From the human T2T-CHM13v2.0 reference genome, Homo sapiens, in the NCBI RefSeq assembly GCF_009914755.1, contig NC_060937.1: a DNA stretch of 64,000 bases; one strand, 5' to 3'. Shown piece after piece: positions 11,931 through 24,240 of this stretch (its first letter is position 1; each line of letters begins with the position of its first letter). Under the pieces are notes generated by a model, which saw only the letters and a program-made list of their open reading frames with translations, ran no database searches and was not told the origin of the DNA. The position numbers and the translations under genes are program-made.

Positions 11931-14900
11931 TTTTGGACCAAAAAATTAGGTGGAGAATAGTTTTTTATAGCGCCAATTTGCTTTTTATGATAACTATTAC
12001 TCAATTTAGTTCAACTTACAACGCAATGGCTAAATTGTATCATTTCTCATATAGTAAGCATATGAGTTTTAAAAACTGGTTTTCTCCATACCTTTTGCCA
12101 GTTGTCACGCATGCTCTCACCCTCCAAGAGTTCATAGTTAAGCTATGAAGACATAATGGATACACATGAGACCAGAGTTGGGAAACAATGTCAGATAGGG
12201 TATGATGTAAATGCCAAGACAAGTGATAAAGATGGAAAATGTGATACATGTTCAGGAAAAGGGGAGATCAGGGAGGGCTGGAAGGCAAGGCTGGTGGCTT
12301 TGAGTTGCAAGTTGTTTGCTGCCTATTGGTCTCAGCTTTGGATTCATTGCCTCTTTTCGTTTAGGCGTCTTTCTTTGCATTCATTTCTCCATGGTAGAAT
12401 TCCCTCTGGATTCTTAAAGCTTGTAAGTGACAACCTTCTTGCTTTCGGTGTCTGCCTGTGCCCTTTCCTTACGAGGCTGTATTTGACACATACTGAGTCT
12501 CCATGGATGTGCACCCTCCATCTGCTCATGGCTGCTCCATCTCACTGTTCTGTCCCAGATGGTGAACTGCAGCCCAGGTGCTACCACCACCAGCATTCTT
12601 GCCCACTCAACCCAGTGTCCCCCTGGCCCTGTGTGGCAGTAATGTCTGCCAGGCAGGCAGCCAGGGAGCTAACATGCCCAGACCTGACAGTGGCCTCAGA
12701 GGAGAGCCCCTTCCTGCCGTGTGCTGGGGAAGGGGACAACTGTCAGCCATAAAGGAAAGAGTGGACACCTAACCAAGATAGGGAACCCAGCTGGTGCTGA
12801 AATCACAGCCCTTCAAATGGGCTAGAATGATCTCCCAAAACAGGAGGAAAAAAAAAATCCCTAGAAGCGATTCAAAAAGACCCAAGTCCAAATTCTGGAT
12901 GATCTAAGTTGAAAAAAAAAATCCCGACATTGCCTAGGTCATTGACACAAAAGAAAGTTTTTCTTTGCTTTTTTTCCCCTTTGGCTTATTCTCATTCTGA
13001 ATTATCTGAAGCACTGTGAACAGGTTACTTGGCCATGCTGAGTTGGCAAACAGATGAAGCCATGTGGGCGAGGAGGTGGGATGTACATAAGCATCTGCCA
13101 TCCACATCACACTGGAAGACTGCCGTGTTGCGGTAGCCCTTGGATCCTTTCATGGCTTAGAACCACAGGTTTGAAGTAAAAAAGAAAACATCAAATCCAT
13201 GTTACTTAAGAGTGGTAGGATTCAAGAAGACTGTCAGAACACATTCCCTGACTCACAGGCAAAACTTTAACCCAAGCAGTCATCCGTCTCTGGACCCTGC
13301 CTTCCCTGGGCTCTGCATCATTCCCCACACCTCCTTGGTTATGGGGGACTCCATAGGAGACTCTGGTCTACAGACTAATTTCATTCTACCTCTCATGTGT
13401 ACAACAATGAAAACAAAATGCTTTAACATCATCAACAACAAAAGGACAGCTGCTGTTCTGCATCTAGGGGAGAAGCTTCTCAAAGGAAAAGACATCAAGG
13501 TGTGGCCATGATTTATGCACACGAGGTCTGAGTCTGACCCGGAGAGGCTGGGACACAGAATTATTGAACTTTTGCTGAATGAAGTAATGGGAATTTTGAG
13601 TTTTCTTCAGGGAAACAAAGAGACACCACAGGGACTGCATCGCTGGGAACAAACAGTGGTCTCTGGTGAGAGACACGAGGGTCATGTGCATGTGGCAGGT
13701 GAGGGGCTCAAGAAGGACTGTGAGATATTTATTGAGGTGAGGATAGCTATGGCATTTTAAAGAACGGTGGCATTTGATTTTTTATTCTAAATAGTTTTCC
13801 TTCTGCATCATCTTGTGACCCCTTCCATAACCTCAGCCCTCCCATAAGTCTTTACATATGGCAGCTTTGTGTGGGGGGATATTTGGGGAAGAAAAGACAT
13901 GAGATGCTGTCTGGTGAGGGGAAGGAGGGATAGGACAGTAACCGCAGGAGCTGTGAGTGGTCACTAAGAAGAGGCGGTCATGGAGGAAAGGCTGGAGCAC
14001 AGGCCACTTCACCTCAGGAGTGGGTGTAAGATGACCCCCTTTCATTCAAAATGCACTAGAAGAAGGTGGCCCTGATGGCAAGGTGGGAGGGGAAAGCTGG
14101 TTCTTACCGGGAAAGGGGCTGTACTGGCAGGAGACACTGAGGTCCTTAAGAAACAAAAAATCACATTTCCCAAAAAATCACATTTCCCTGGTTTGAATGA
14201 GAACCCACACACACATACAGATACACATAATTAATCTTTGCTATTTTTTGGCTTACTTAAAGTTTTATTTATCTTTCATTACAGAATTTATCACATTATA
14301 CTGTATTATTTCTGATATATTCATATGTTTTATAAATGAACATGTGAACTTTATATCTTTTGCACCAGCAAAGTGCCTGGCATATGTTGAGTTGTTTATT
14401 GAATGAATACTTGAATAAATGGCTGCTACATATATTTGTTAACAAGATGAAACTCTGAGTCACTCAGCAGAATCGGGTCTCATTTGCCATCATGGGGCTG
14501 ATGTCAGTTTTGTTCCTACCTTTCTGCACCTCCCTGATCCATTTAGATGAACCCTGGCTTCAGGAAGCACTAGTTCTATGATGTCCTACACTGGAATCTA
14601 CAACACTCTTCTACGCACCACAGTTTCTGGCTGAGGAGGAAGTGTGAACAGGCTGGCGTGGGCATGTCACTCTCACTGGGCCTGGCAGAGCTGGCCAGCT
14701 GCACCGCCCAATACAGGGGTCAGCTTGTTGCCAAAAGCAGTAGTGGCCTTGTGAGTAAGCTGAGTGGGCAGGCATAGCCTGAGTCATTTGATAAGTGCCC
14801 GGAAGCTGACCATCCCACGGCCCCCGACATTGAACTTCCCATTTCCTGTTACAGTAGCCAAAACTCTACCACCCTTAGCTATTCATGCTTTTGGATCTTT

Positions 14901-15726
14901 CAGAGATCTCAATTAGTGAGTATTTGTGTAGGCTTCCAGTATAGGGAGAGAAGGACAAGTGAGGAAGACAGTGAGAAAAAGAAATGGGAGGAAGATACAG
15001 ATAGGCTTTGCACCCTTCCCTGTCCTTGAGCAGGACAATGCTTTCTCAAAAGAATAGCTTTAGCTCTTCCAAACTGCCCAGAAGACCATGAGAAGCCCAC
15101 AGGGTCAGGACTCTCCACATGTCTTCTTACACACATACTTTCTCTGTCAGCCATACAACATCTGAAAACTCACACACATGAGAGAGATGGGAGAGAAGGA
15201 GAAGAAGATCAAAACAAAGTGTGCTGTACAGTAAAGGCACTGTAATCTTGACCTGATATCCCAGGCCCACATTTCCAGGCTCCCTTCCCCAACCAGGTAA
15301 GACCCAGGATCTGAAGAAGAATCCTTTTCTAGATGAAGGTTATGATTAACAGGAAACACACAACTGTATTTTCCTGATCCCAAATTAGAATGTAGGATCA
15401 GACATATCTGTAAATATTTATATCTATGAAGTCTTAAAAAAAGGAAAACAAACGAAATTGCTGCAGTTTACATGTAACAAATCTCCTTTATTGATGAATG
15501 GATTTAACTTTATTGACTTTGGTCTGGGAGAGACGTGTGAATCAGGTCCTCCACCTCATCAAGACCACTCTGAAGCTGCTGCTCTTAACCACCTACACCA
15601 TGGACGTATGCACAGGCCAGCCCCTGGAATCTCCATTTCATTTGCCTTTCATGACCTTTTGCCTTTCAAATCATTGAACAAGTGATTTGTTATGCTTTCA
15701 CTTCTCATTCTAAGTAAATGTTCACT

Positions 15727-15860
15727 TTTTTTGTTTGTCTTTAAGAGATGAGGTCTTGTTATGTTGCCCAGGCTGAACTTGAACTCCGGGGCTCAAGTAA
15801 TCCTCCTGTTTCAGCCTCCTGAGCAGCTGAGACTACAGCCCTGAGCCACTGTGCCCAGCT
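15727..15860 (-). mobile_element. FLAM/Alu monomer
   Basis: Single ~130-bp Alu arm with T tail; flanks aatgttcactttt / aatattcactttt resemble a TSD. Confidence 0.85.
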
Positions 15861-16055
15861 AATATTCACTTTTCTATCTAATTTTGCTTTTGTGATTTTG
15901 TATTCCTTTTCATCAAGAGGGCCCCCATATTATATAAGTTTCAGTCCCTACAAAGTTGTATCCGCCCTTTCATATATCTACCCATGTAGTGCACGCTCTT
16001 AGTGTGCATAATCACACAGGAAATCTCAACTAATGGATATTTCATAACCATGATT

Positions 16056-16339
16056 TTTTTTTCTTTTTTTTTGAGACAGAGTCTTGCTCTGTGGCCCAGG
16101 CTGGAGTGCACCTTGGCTAATTGCAACCTCTGTCTCCTGGGTTCAAGTGATTCTCCCGCCTCAGCCTCCTGAGTAGGTGAGATTATAGGTGCCCGCCACC
16201 ATGCCTGGCTAATTTTTGTGATTTTAGTAGAGATTGGGTTTCACCATGTTGGCCAGGCTGGTCTCGAACTCCTGACCTCCTTGCCCACCTCAGTCTCCCA
16301 AAGTGCTGGGATTATAGGCATGGGCCACTGCTCCCAGCC
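16056..16339 (-). mobile_element. AluS element
   Basis: Dimeric Alu; ACCATGATT repeated at both flanks. Confidence 0.95.
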
Positions 16340-16499
16340 ACCATGATTCTTAATTAAGCAGAATGTTGTCTACATAATGCTCTTAGAAGCAATTAATGAA
16401 ATTAAAGGAATAGAAGCAGATAGTGGAGATTTCTATTGCAGAAATGTAGCAAGTATTTAACCTGGTCCCCAGACTTTTGTCCACCTGTATGCACAGAAA

Positions 16500-16720
16500 A
16501 GTATGATAGCAGCTAACACTCACATAGTGTTTACTGTGAACTAGGCCCCATTTAGTCCTCGTAGCCACCCATTGAGATAGGTGCTAACTCATTTTACAGA
16601 TAAAGAAACTGAGGCGTAGAGAAATCAAGCATTTCCAAAGTTACACCTAATACAAGGCACACCTGGTTTGTTGACCCAGGCCACCTAGGTCCAGAATCCA
16701 AGGTCTCCACCTCTATGCTA
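16500..16720. mobile_element. MIR SINE
   Basis: cattttacagataaagaaactgaggc core. Confidence 0.75.
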
Positions 16721-16943
16721 TTATCACCTATGTAGGGTCATTGCTGATGTTTGAGATGATGATCCAGTAGCACAGAAACAAATCACTACTTTGTTTTCTA
16801 CTGACAAATATTGTCTTTTACTCTTAGCATTCTGGTTAAATAAAATCATGGTTGCTTTCCTTTCAGTTTCCTCCCTTCCTCAGCTAGGAATGAGAGATAT
16901 CCCTGGACATGCCTGACACATAGTCTGACACATTGGCAAGGGT

Positions 16944-17406
16944 TGAAGTGGGCTGAGTGGTGCCCCCAAAGATATCAGGCCCTAATCCTCAGAATCCGTG
17001 AATATTCTTTTATATGGTAAAGTTTTCACAGATACATCTAAATTAAGAATCTTGAGATGAGAAGATAATCTTGAATTATCTGGGTGGCCCCTAAATACCA
17101 TCAAAAGTGTCCTTATGAAAGAATGGCAGAGGGGAGTTAAACACACAAAGGAGACAGCAATGTGAAGGCAGAAACAGAGACTGGAGTGATGCAGCCTCAA
17201 GCCAAAGAACAGGAAGGAACGCTTCCAGCAGAAGCTAGGAGAGGCAAGGGACTGATTCTTCCCTAGAGCCTCTGCAAGTAGTGTGGCTCTATTGACACTT
17301 TGATTTCACATTTCTGGCCTCCATAACTGTGAGAGAATACATTTCTGTTGTTCTAAGGCATCAAGGTTGTGGCAATTTGTTACACCAGCAATAGGAAACT
17401 GATACA
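16944..17406 (+). mobile_element. MLT1 (C/D-like) ERVL-MaLR solo LTR
   Basis: ccccaaagatatc...ctaatcctcagaatccgtgaatat...ggcaatttgttacaccagcaataggaaactgataca. Confidence 0.88.
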
Positions 17407-19039
17407 GGGGTCAATACATAGTAGCCAAAACAGTTTAAATGCAATAATAGTCATAACTGCCATGCCTTGCACCCTTGCAATGTACTGGGTATGTACTGTG
17501 TGACATACAGTCCTCCATTTCATTCTCATAAGGTGAATGAAGAAACTGAGGTCACACAGCTACTAAATGGCAGAGGAATGATTCAAACTAAGGTCTGTCT
17601 AACTCCAAAAACCACGAACAGAAAGATTACACTATACTGTAAATTCCAGCATCCTACATAGACATTCATTCCACTAAAATGATATCCAAATCCTAACAGT
17701 TCTTAATGATCACTATGGGTAGATTTATTTCTTAAATTTTCCCTCTTTGTCCATACACCCTCTCCCATTTTGTTATCTGTTGGTTGCTCTTATTGCCACT
17801 TAAAAAAAATGGTGTCCAAATTACTATTAGCCTGTTTTCCAAATGAAGAAACTGAGGCACAGAGAGGTTAACTCACTTGCTGGAATCCTGCAGAGCCTGG
17901 TCCTGGAAACTGTGCTCTCACTACTCTGATACATGCCCCTACAGAATCTTAGTCTGGGTCGGTAAGAAATATCTGGCAACTTTCTACTTTTTTCTCATGT
18001 GGCTTTTAGTTTGTAGAGTAGGTGTACCAGCTCTCTGTGCACACTTAAAGGTTAATTAAACCACTACAAAATGCAAAAGCAGCCAGGTCTTTGTTTCTGA
18101 GGTAATAAAATCACAAATGATTCCTATTCAAAAATGAAGGCTATAATATTCTGTTGCCAGTGGATTTTGTGCATTTTTCCTGTTTTAACAACGTGTACTT
18201 CTCTCTTCACCAGAAACATTAGGTCACAAAAGCCAATCTCATCTACATCTTTGCAATGTTATTTATCATCTTTTTGCATGCGGGAGATAGAACTGGTAAT
18301 GAAACAGCCAAATTGGATTCTAGCGAGGATTTGTCCTGACTTAGAATACTTTCAGAATCCATTCATAATGCCTCTGATTTATCATTAAGCCCCCTGGAGC
18401 CATTTATTTTGGGCCAGCTTTTCAGGGATAGGACATCAGTTGTGTGCTAGTTATTGGAAATTATAACACAGCTGATGAAGTGTGACAACACAGAGTCCAT
18501 TGGATTTGCAAAAGATTACAGAAGGGTGTTACAGAAGTCAACAGCTATTATGCTGAAAATGTCTCTGAGCAGAGAGAGACATAAGGAAATAGATTCTATC
18601 CTGCTCCCTGTCATCTCTCCTAGGGTCTTTGGGTTCAGCGTACGTGAATTCCCCTCCCACAGTTCCTTTTCCTACCCCTGCAGTTTTTTTAGCATCTACT
18701 CCCGCCCACTCCCTCTCTCCCTCAAGCAGGTTATCATACAAAACTAGAAATAGGGAAGAAGGGTGGCTTGATACTTATGGCTGTGAAATGGTAGGTGGTT
18801 AATTCAGCCACATCATGGATACAGTTATGTTAAGCAAAGGGCAGACAGCATGTTATTAAATGAGGTTTTAGCTGACCCATAAAATCCAAAACACTTCAGA
18901 AACCATGAATCATAGTCTTGTCATACTCACTGTAGCATCCACTTGAAGGTGTTCTAGGTCAGCCTTTCCCCTTCCCACAGTGTATGTGGCATGCCCAGGA
19001 GAAGCTGGAGGAGGGGCAGTGGTGAATTATTTCAATCTC

Positions 19040-19400
19040 TCTGGCAATATTTTCGAAAATTGCCAACGTGCACATCTAGTGACCTAATGATTATACTTTT
19101 TGGTGATTCCATCCTAAGGGAAAAGAAAAGCATGACTTAGTACACAGGAAAATATGTTCAAGCATGTTTATTACAACATGATACCCCATGGTTAAAAAAA
19201 TCTGGTAGGAAACAATCTGCATTTCTAGCAATAAGAAGTGTTTGAAGAAAGCATGGGAAATATCTACTATGGAATATCATGCAGCTATAAAAAAGAATGA
19301 GTTAGATCTATATGCATGAACCTAGAAAGATATCCACATAGATTATTAAGTGGGAAAAAAAGTCAGTTACAGAGTAACACACACAATAGCATATTATCAA
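19040..19400 (+). mobile_element. Old L1ME-like fragment
   Basis: atggaatatcatgcagctataaaaaagaatgagttagatctatatg motif of the L1 ORF2 end/3'UTR. Confidence 0.7.
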
Positions 19401-19725
19401 ACTTTAAATTACTAGGGCTTTCCCCAGAGAGTGCCATCATGATAATATCATCTCTAAGTTTGAGATGATATTATCTCATCAGCATATCCATAATGCAAAA
19501 GGAAACTGGAATCACAAGTTGAGGTGGTTTCAATACAGCTCTTCTTAGACAGGCAGATGGACTTTACAACATATGCGTGTCCTGCCCAAGCTTATACTAC
19601 ACTGGTAATCCTCATAAAGTAAAAATACCTCTTAGTCTCCAGAGAAATCTCTTCAAGTTGGGATTCTGGTGGGATATTAGGTTTAGGGGTAAGATGAAAG
19701 AAAGCGTTTCAGATTTGCCTTTTCT

Positions 19726-20033
19726 TTCTCTTTTCTTTTTTTTTTTTTTTTTTTGAGACAGAGTCTTGCTTTGTCACCAGGCTGGAGTGCAATATTGCGA
19801 TCTTGGCTCACTGCAACCTCTAACTCCCAGGTTCAAGCGATTCTCCTGTCTCAGCCTCCCGAGTAGCTGGGATTACAGGCACATGCCACCACGCCCAGCT
19901 AATTTTTGTATTACTAGTAGAGATGGAGTTTCACCATGATGGCCAGGAGGGTCTCGATCTCCTGACCTTGTGATCTGCCCACCCAGGCCTTCCAAAGTGC
20001 TAGGATTACAGGCGTGAGCCACCACACCCGGCC
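19726..20033 (-). mobile_element. AluS element with TSD
   Basis: Dimeric Alu; ATTTGCCTTTTCT at 19713-19725 and 20037-20049. Confidence 0.95.
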
Positions 20034-20087
20034 CATATTTGCCTTTTCTAAATACACATGCCCATGCCCCATCACAGACCTATCATC

Positions 20088-20403
20088 TTTTTTTTTTTTT
20101 TTTAGAGTTAGGGTCTGATTCCGTTGCCCAGGCTGGAGTGCGGAGGCATGCTCACGGCTCACTGCAATCTTTAACTCCTGGGTTCAAGCAATCCTCTACC
20201 TCTGCCTCCTGAATAGCTGGGATTGTGGGATTGCAGGCATGTGTCACTACTCTTGGCTAACTTTAAAAAAAAATTTTTTTTTGAGAGATGGGTGTCTCTT
20301 TATGTTGCCTAGGCTGGTCTCAAACTCCTGTCTTCAAGTGATCCTCTCAGAGCCTCAGCCTCCCAAGTCGCTGGAATTACACATGTGAGCCACCAGACCC
20401 AGC
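20088..20403 (-). mobile_element. AluJ element
   Basis: Diverged dimeric Alu; TCACAGACCTA at both flanks. Confidence 0.9.
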
Positions 20404-20589
20404 TCACAGACCTAAACAATCTTAATTTCCAGGAGGGTAGAAATGGAAAATGGGGGAGGAAAGCCAGAATGTGTAAAAGCACCTCAGATGATCTGGCCAA
20501 TCTTTCCCTCTTTTTAAAAACCCCGTTGAAAATAACTATCTTAAAAGTATATGCTCTGTTTCAATTACCAAGAGGCAGCTGTAATGAAG

Positions 20590-20810
20590 ATAGTGACAAT
20601 ACCATTAACAATGTGCTAGACACTGATCTAAGGGAATTCATATCAATGAATTCATTTAATTCTCACAACATCCAACAAGGGAGGTATTAATTATTATTAT
20701 CCCCATTTTATGAGATGGGAATAGGCAAAGTTAAGGTTAAGAATCATTACAAAGCTAGCTTGTGGTAGAGCCAGGGTTCAAAACCTAGGAAGTGTAGCTT
20801 CAGTCTATAG
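20590..20810. mobile_element. MIR SINE
   Basis: ttcatttaattctcacaac...attattatccccatttta...ggtagagccagggttcaaaacctagg. Confidence 0.75.
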
Positions 20811-21409
20811 GAACAGATGTGAATCACAGCAAGCAAAAAAGGTGAGGCGTATGAGCTCACATCAACATTTTCATGCCCAAAGTTTCTCATTTATCTTGTC
20901 CCTTGGAGACCTAAAGAGTGGTTCTATTTTTTAGAGCTCATTCACTGCTGCACTTCTGATCACTGAATTGCCCTTGCCCTTTGAATTATTCAGTGTTTCT
21001 GGAGAAATAGTTCTGAAAAAATATGCTGTATTATTTCTCTCTTTCTTTCCTCCTTCAGTTCCTCCCCTGCCATGAAACCAGACTCTGTTGATACACAGAG
21101 AACTGTGCAGAAGTCTTCCACTAGAAGAGTGCACAAAAGTGGGCTGAAATTTCATGAGGTCCAGTTCTTCTTGAGTATGTTCCTAACAGGTGCTACTTTC
21201 CATTTAGACTTGTCTGTAAAATTAGCCTGTGAATACTGGCTTGCCTCTGCAATCACTTGCCTAGGTGGGGAGGTGCTGAAGGAGACAGGTGTGTATACAT
21301 TCCTTTCTTTAAAGAAGGCTTGTTTTCAGTTGAAAATGTGGAAATTAAGACTTTCTTGCCTTCAAGAATTATGATGTTGTGGGAGTAAAAAAAAATCCTA
21401 AGGGTTAAG

Positions 21410-21540
21410 GGCCAGTTCTGCCACTTTGTTAAGTGTCTTCAACTAAGTCACTTAACTTTCTGAACCTCAGTCTCCTCACTTGTAAAATGGCACCATAAAT
21501 TTTTGCCCCACTTATTTCACAAGGTTGTTGTGCTGATCCA
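21410..21540. mobile_element. MIR SINE fragment
   Basis: aagtcacttaactttctgaacctcagtctcctcacttgtaaaatgg. Confidence 0.75.
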
Positions 21541-22086
21541 AGAAAGAACTCAGATCTTCTGGTTTCATGCCCATGGTGTCCATTTCATCCATCTATCAGT
21601 TTTTCATTTCTTTATTCATTCATGCAACATGTATTATATCTCCCAAGGGTTAGCTAAGTGAAAAATGTATGCATGTTGGGAGGTTGGGGGAAGAAAGGGA
21701 GAGAAGCACCCCAGATTGGGAAAGGGCACTGAAGGTAGAGAAAATGAGGTGTTTAAGACAGTGGTGTGAGCAAGGACCTACAGCAGCCCATGACTCCACA
21801 TTCTAATATTTTTCATGGTATTCCAATTCCTCTGTGGCCATTAATTCTTAAAGTTTCAAGTCAAAACCATCTTAACCTCATCCAAGCTGGGTTCCTTAGC
21901 TAATACCTTCTTCTACATCTTCTCTCCAGGCCCCCATGGCTCCTTCTATTTAAAGTACAGGTGGTGAGCAGAAGTAGTCAAGGCTTATAAGCCAGGCTGC
22001 TCCTCAAATGCAGCCGTAAGAAAAGAAATCTGTGGGGTGTTTTAAATGCATGCCTGATATAAAGATAAACCTCGGGTATCATATAT

Positions 22087-22605
22087 CAGGGGATCCCAAC
22101 CCTCAGGCCACCTATTGGTACCAGTCCATGGCCTATTAGGAACTGAGCCGCACAGCAGGTGAGCAGCAGGCAAGCAAGCGAAGCTTCATCTGTATTTACA
22201 GCCACTCCCCATTGTTTGCATTGCCGCCTGAGCTCTGCCTCCCATCAGATCAGCAGCAGCGTTAGATGCTCATAGGAGTGCAAACCCTATTGTGAACTGC
22301 ACCTGCCAGGGATCTAGGTTGGACGCTCCTTAGGAGAATATAATGCCTGATGATCTCTCACTGCTTCCCATCACCCCCAGTTGGGACCGTGTAGCTGCAG
22401 GAAAACAAGCTCAGGGCTCCCACTGATTCTTCATTATGGTGCGCTGTATATTTCACTATATATTGCAATGTAATAATAATAAGGCACAATAAATCTAATG
22501 TGCTTGAATCATCCCAAAAGCGTTCTCCCCACCTCCACCCTGGTCTGTGGAAAAACTGTCTTCCATAAAACCAGTCCCTGGTGCCAAAAAGGTTGGGGAC
22601 CACTG
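22087..22605 (+). mobile_element. MER1A hAT-Charlie DNA transposon, near full length
   Basis: TIRs caggggatcccaacc / ggttggggaccactg, ~520 bp, degenerate 8-bp TSD (tcatatat / tcttacat). Confidence 0.92.
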
Positions 22606-23489
22606 TCTTACATGATATATAAAGTGCAAGTTCTATGTGTCCCAGAAAAGGATTTTAAAGGTAATTCATGGTGTGTATCATGGCGTCTATCTTGTTACAC
22701 ATTAGTAATACTTTGAATGTGTAAAGTGCTTCTCCCTGTTCTGTTGGATTTATCTTTGAAGTAGCTCATAAAGATAAAGATATGAGTATAGAAAACATTC
22801 CTTCACTGGCCCTATTTTATAAATTAAGGAACAAAGACTGGATGCAACATGTGGCAGATTATGCGAAAAATCTAGTAGCTGAGCAAACATAAGAATTCAG
22901 GTTCCCTGGATTCCAGGACAGAGTTGACTTCCCCATCTGAAGTGATACATGAGCACAATAGGTTTTCATCGTCATTCAGATTATAATGGTTCCTTTTACT
23001 CTGATAATATTGCTGATATTTCTAGAAATAGCTTGTTCATCCATTTATTAATCTCATAAACCCCTGACTGGGGGAAACAGAGTGGAAAGTGGTCAGAAAT
23101 GGGGCTGGAACAGTAATCAGGAAGCCGGAACCTCCATTGCCTCAAGAGCTAAGTTCAGTGTCAGGCCTTTGTCTCGAGGGCAACGGGGAACTCTGTAAAG
23201 GTATTTAAGTTGGGGAATGTAGTGATCAGCAGCATTTGGCAGCAATCACCCTGGGCTGGAGTGGGCCTGACAGGAATGGGCAAATCTTGGGGCAGGAAAT
23301 CCAGTCAGAAGATTATGACGATAAAGCAGGTGAGAGATGTTGGTGTCCCAAGGGCAAAGGGGGATCCCATCAAGACATGAGAACCGCCACGTCGTTCTTT
23401 CCCCAATCCCACTGTTTCTAGATTTTTCCTTCTAGGAGGCCTGCAAATGTGTTTCCGGGAGGAAAATCCGTCCCTGCTATTTCTCCAGC

Positions 23490-24240
23490 CTTCCCTTGTT
23501 ACCGGTCCGGCCCTGCCCCTTTAACATTCAGGAATGAGAGTGGAAGCAGAAGGCCCAGGTCCCCGGAGGTCCCGACGCCCGGATTCCACAGCCTGTGAGG
23601 GTCCCTTGAGCAGAGCGGGACGAGGCCACTGGCACTACGTCGTGACTTCACCAACAGCCTGCAGTACTCGTTAACGAGATTTCGCCAGGCCCCTTGGACT
23701 AACGCCAGGATTCTCGGTGCCCGCAGTCAGCGCTCTGGGATTAGACAACGCCCCACAGGCCGCGGCTCTCTGCTGACCCTCAGCAGCGATGAGACCGGCG
23801 CGCACAAGCCAGCAGCCACTAGCTCTCCCACAAGGCCGAGCGCGGCCAAAGGGCAGCCCCGCCCGCTCCGCCTCCCCCAGCTCTATTGGCTAGTGCGCCT
23901 GCCACTCAGCCGCGCGCCGGACTCCGGCTTCGGGCCTGGAGGAGGGATCCCAAGCCTCCTCGGCTCGGCTCGGCTCGGCTCGGCTCGGCTCGGCTCGGCT
24001 CGGCTCGGCTCGGCTCGGCTCGGCTCGGCTCGGCTCGGCTCGGCTCGGCTCGGCTCGGCTCGGCTCGGCTCGGCTCGCTTGTCCTTGAGGTTTACTGTGT
24101 TTGGCATCGCAGTTCCGACGGCAGCCGCCGTTTCGCGACCCACGGCGGACTTGCATAAACACTTTCTAGTTGGAATCTCACCCTGTGAGGTGGGCAAGGT
24201 AGTGATATTCCTGTTTGACGCCGACAGAAATAAGAGAGAT
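23490..24240. promoter_or_regulatory. CpG island promoter with GC boxes (23857-23876) and an inverted CCAAT box (23885-23889); probable start of a plus-strand antisense lncRNA (SMIM2-AS1-like)
   Basis: Only CpG-dense, GC-rich stretch in the window; CCCCGCCC and ATTGG lie just upstream of the repeat. The transcript assignment is recall and inference. Confidence 0.8.
23959..24077. repeat. Perfect (CGGCT)23 / (AGCCG)23 pentanucleotide tandem repeat
   Basis: 23 uninterrupted CGGCT units at 23961-24075, with partial units either side. Confidence 0.99.

Noticed and set aside
12156-12752. Longest ORF in the window (198 aa)
   Set aside because: No recognisable domain, composition typical of random sequence, and no supporting exon structure
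23959-24077. CRISPR-like or coding repeat
   Set aside because: No spacers and a eukaryotic context; it is a simple tandem repeat, and open frames follow from the stop-free unit
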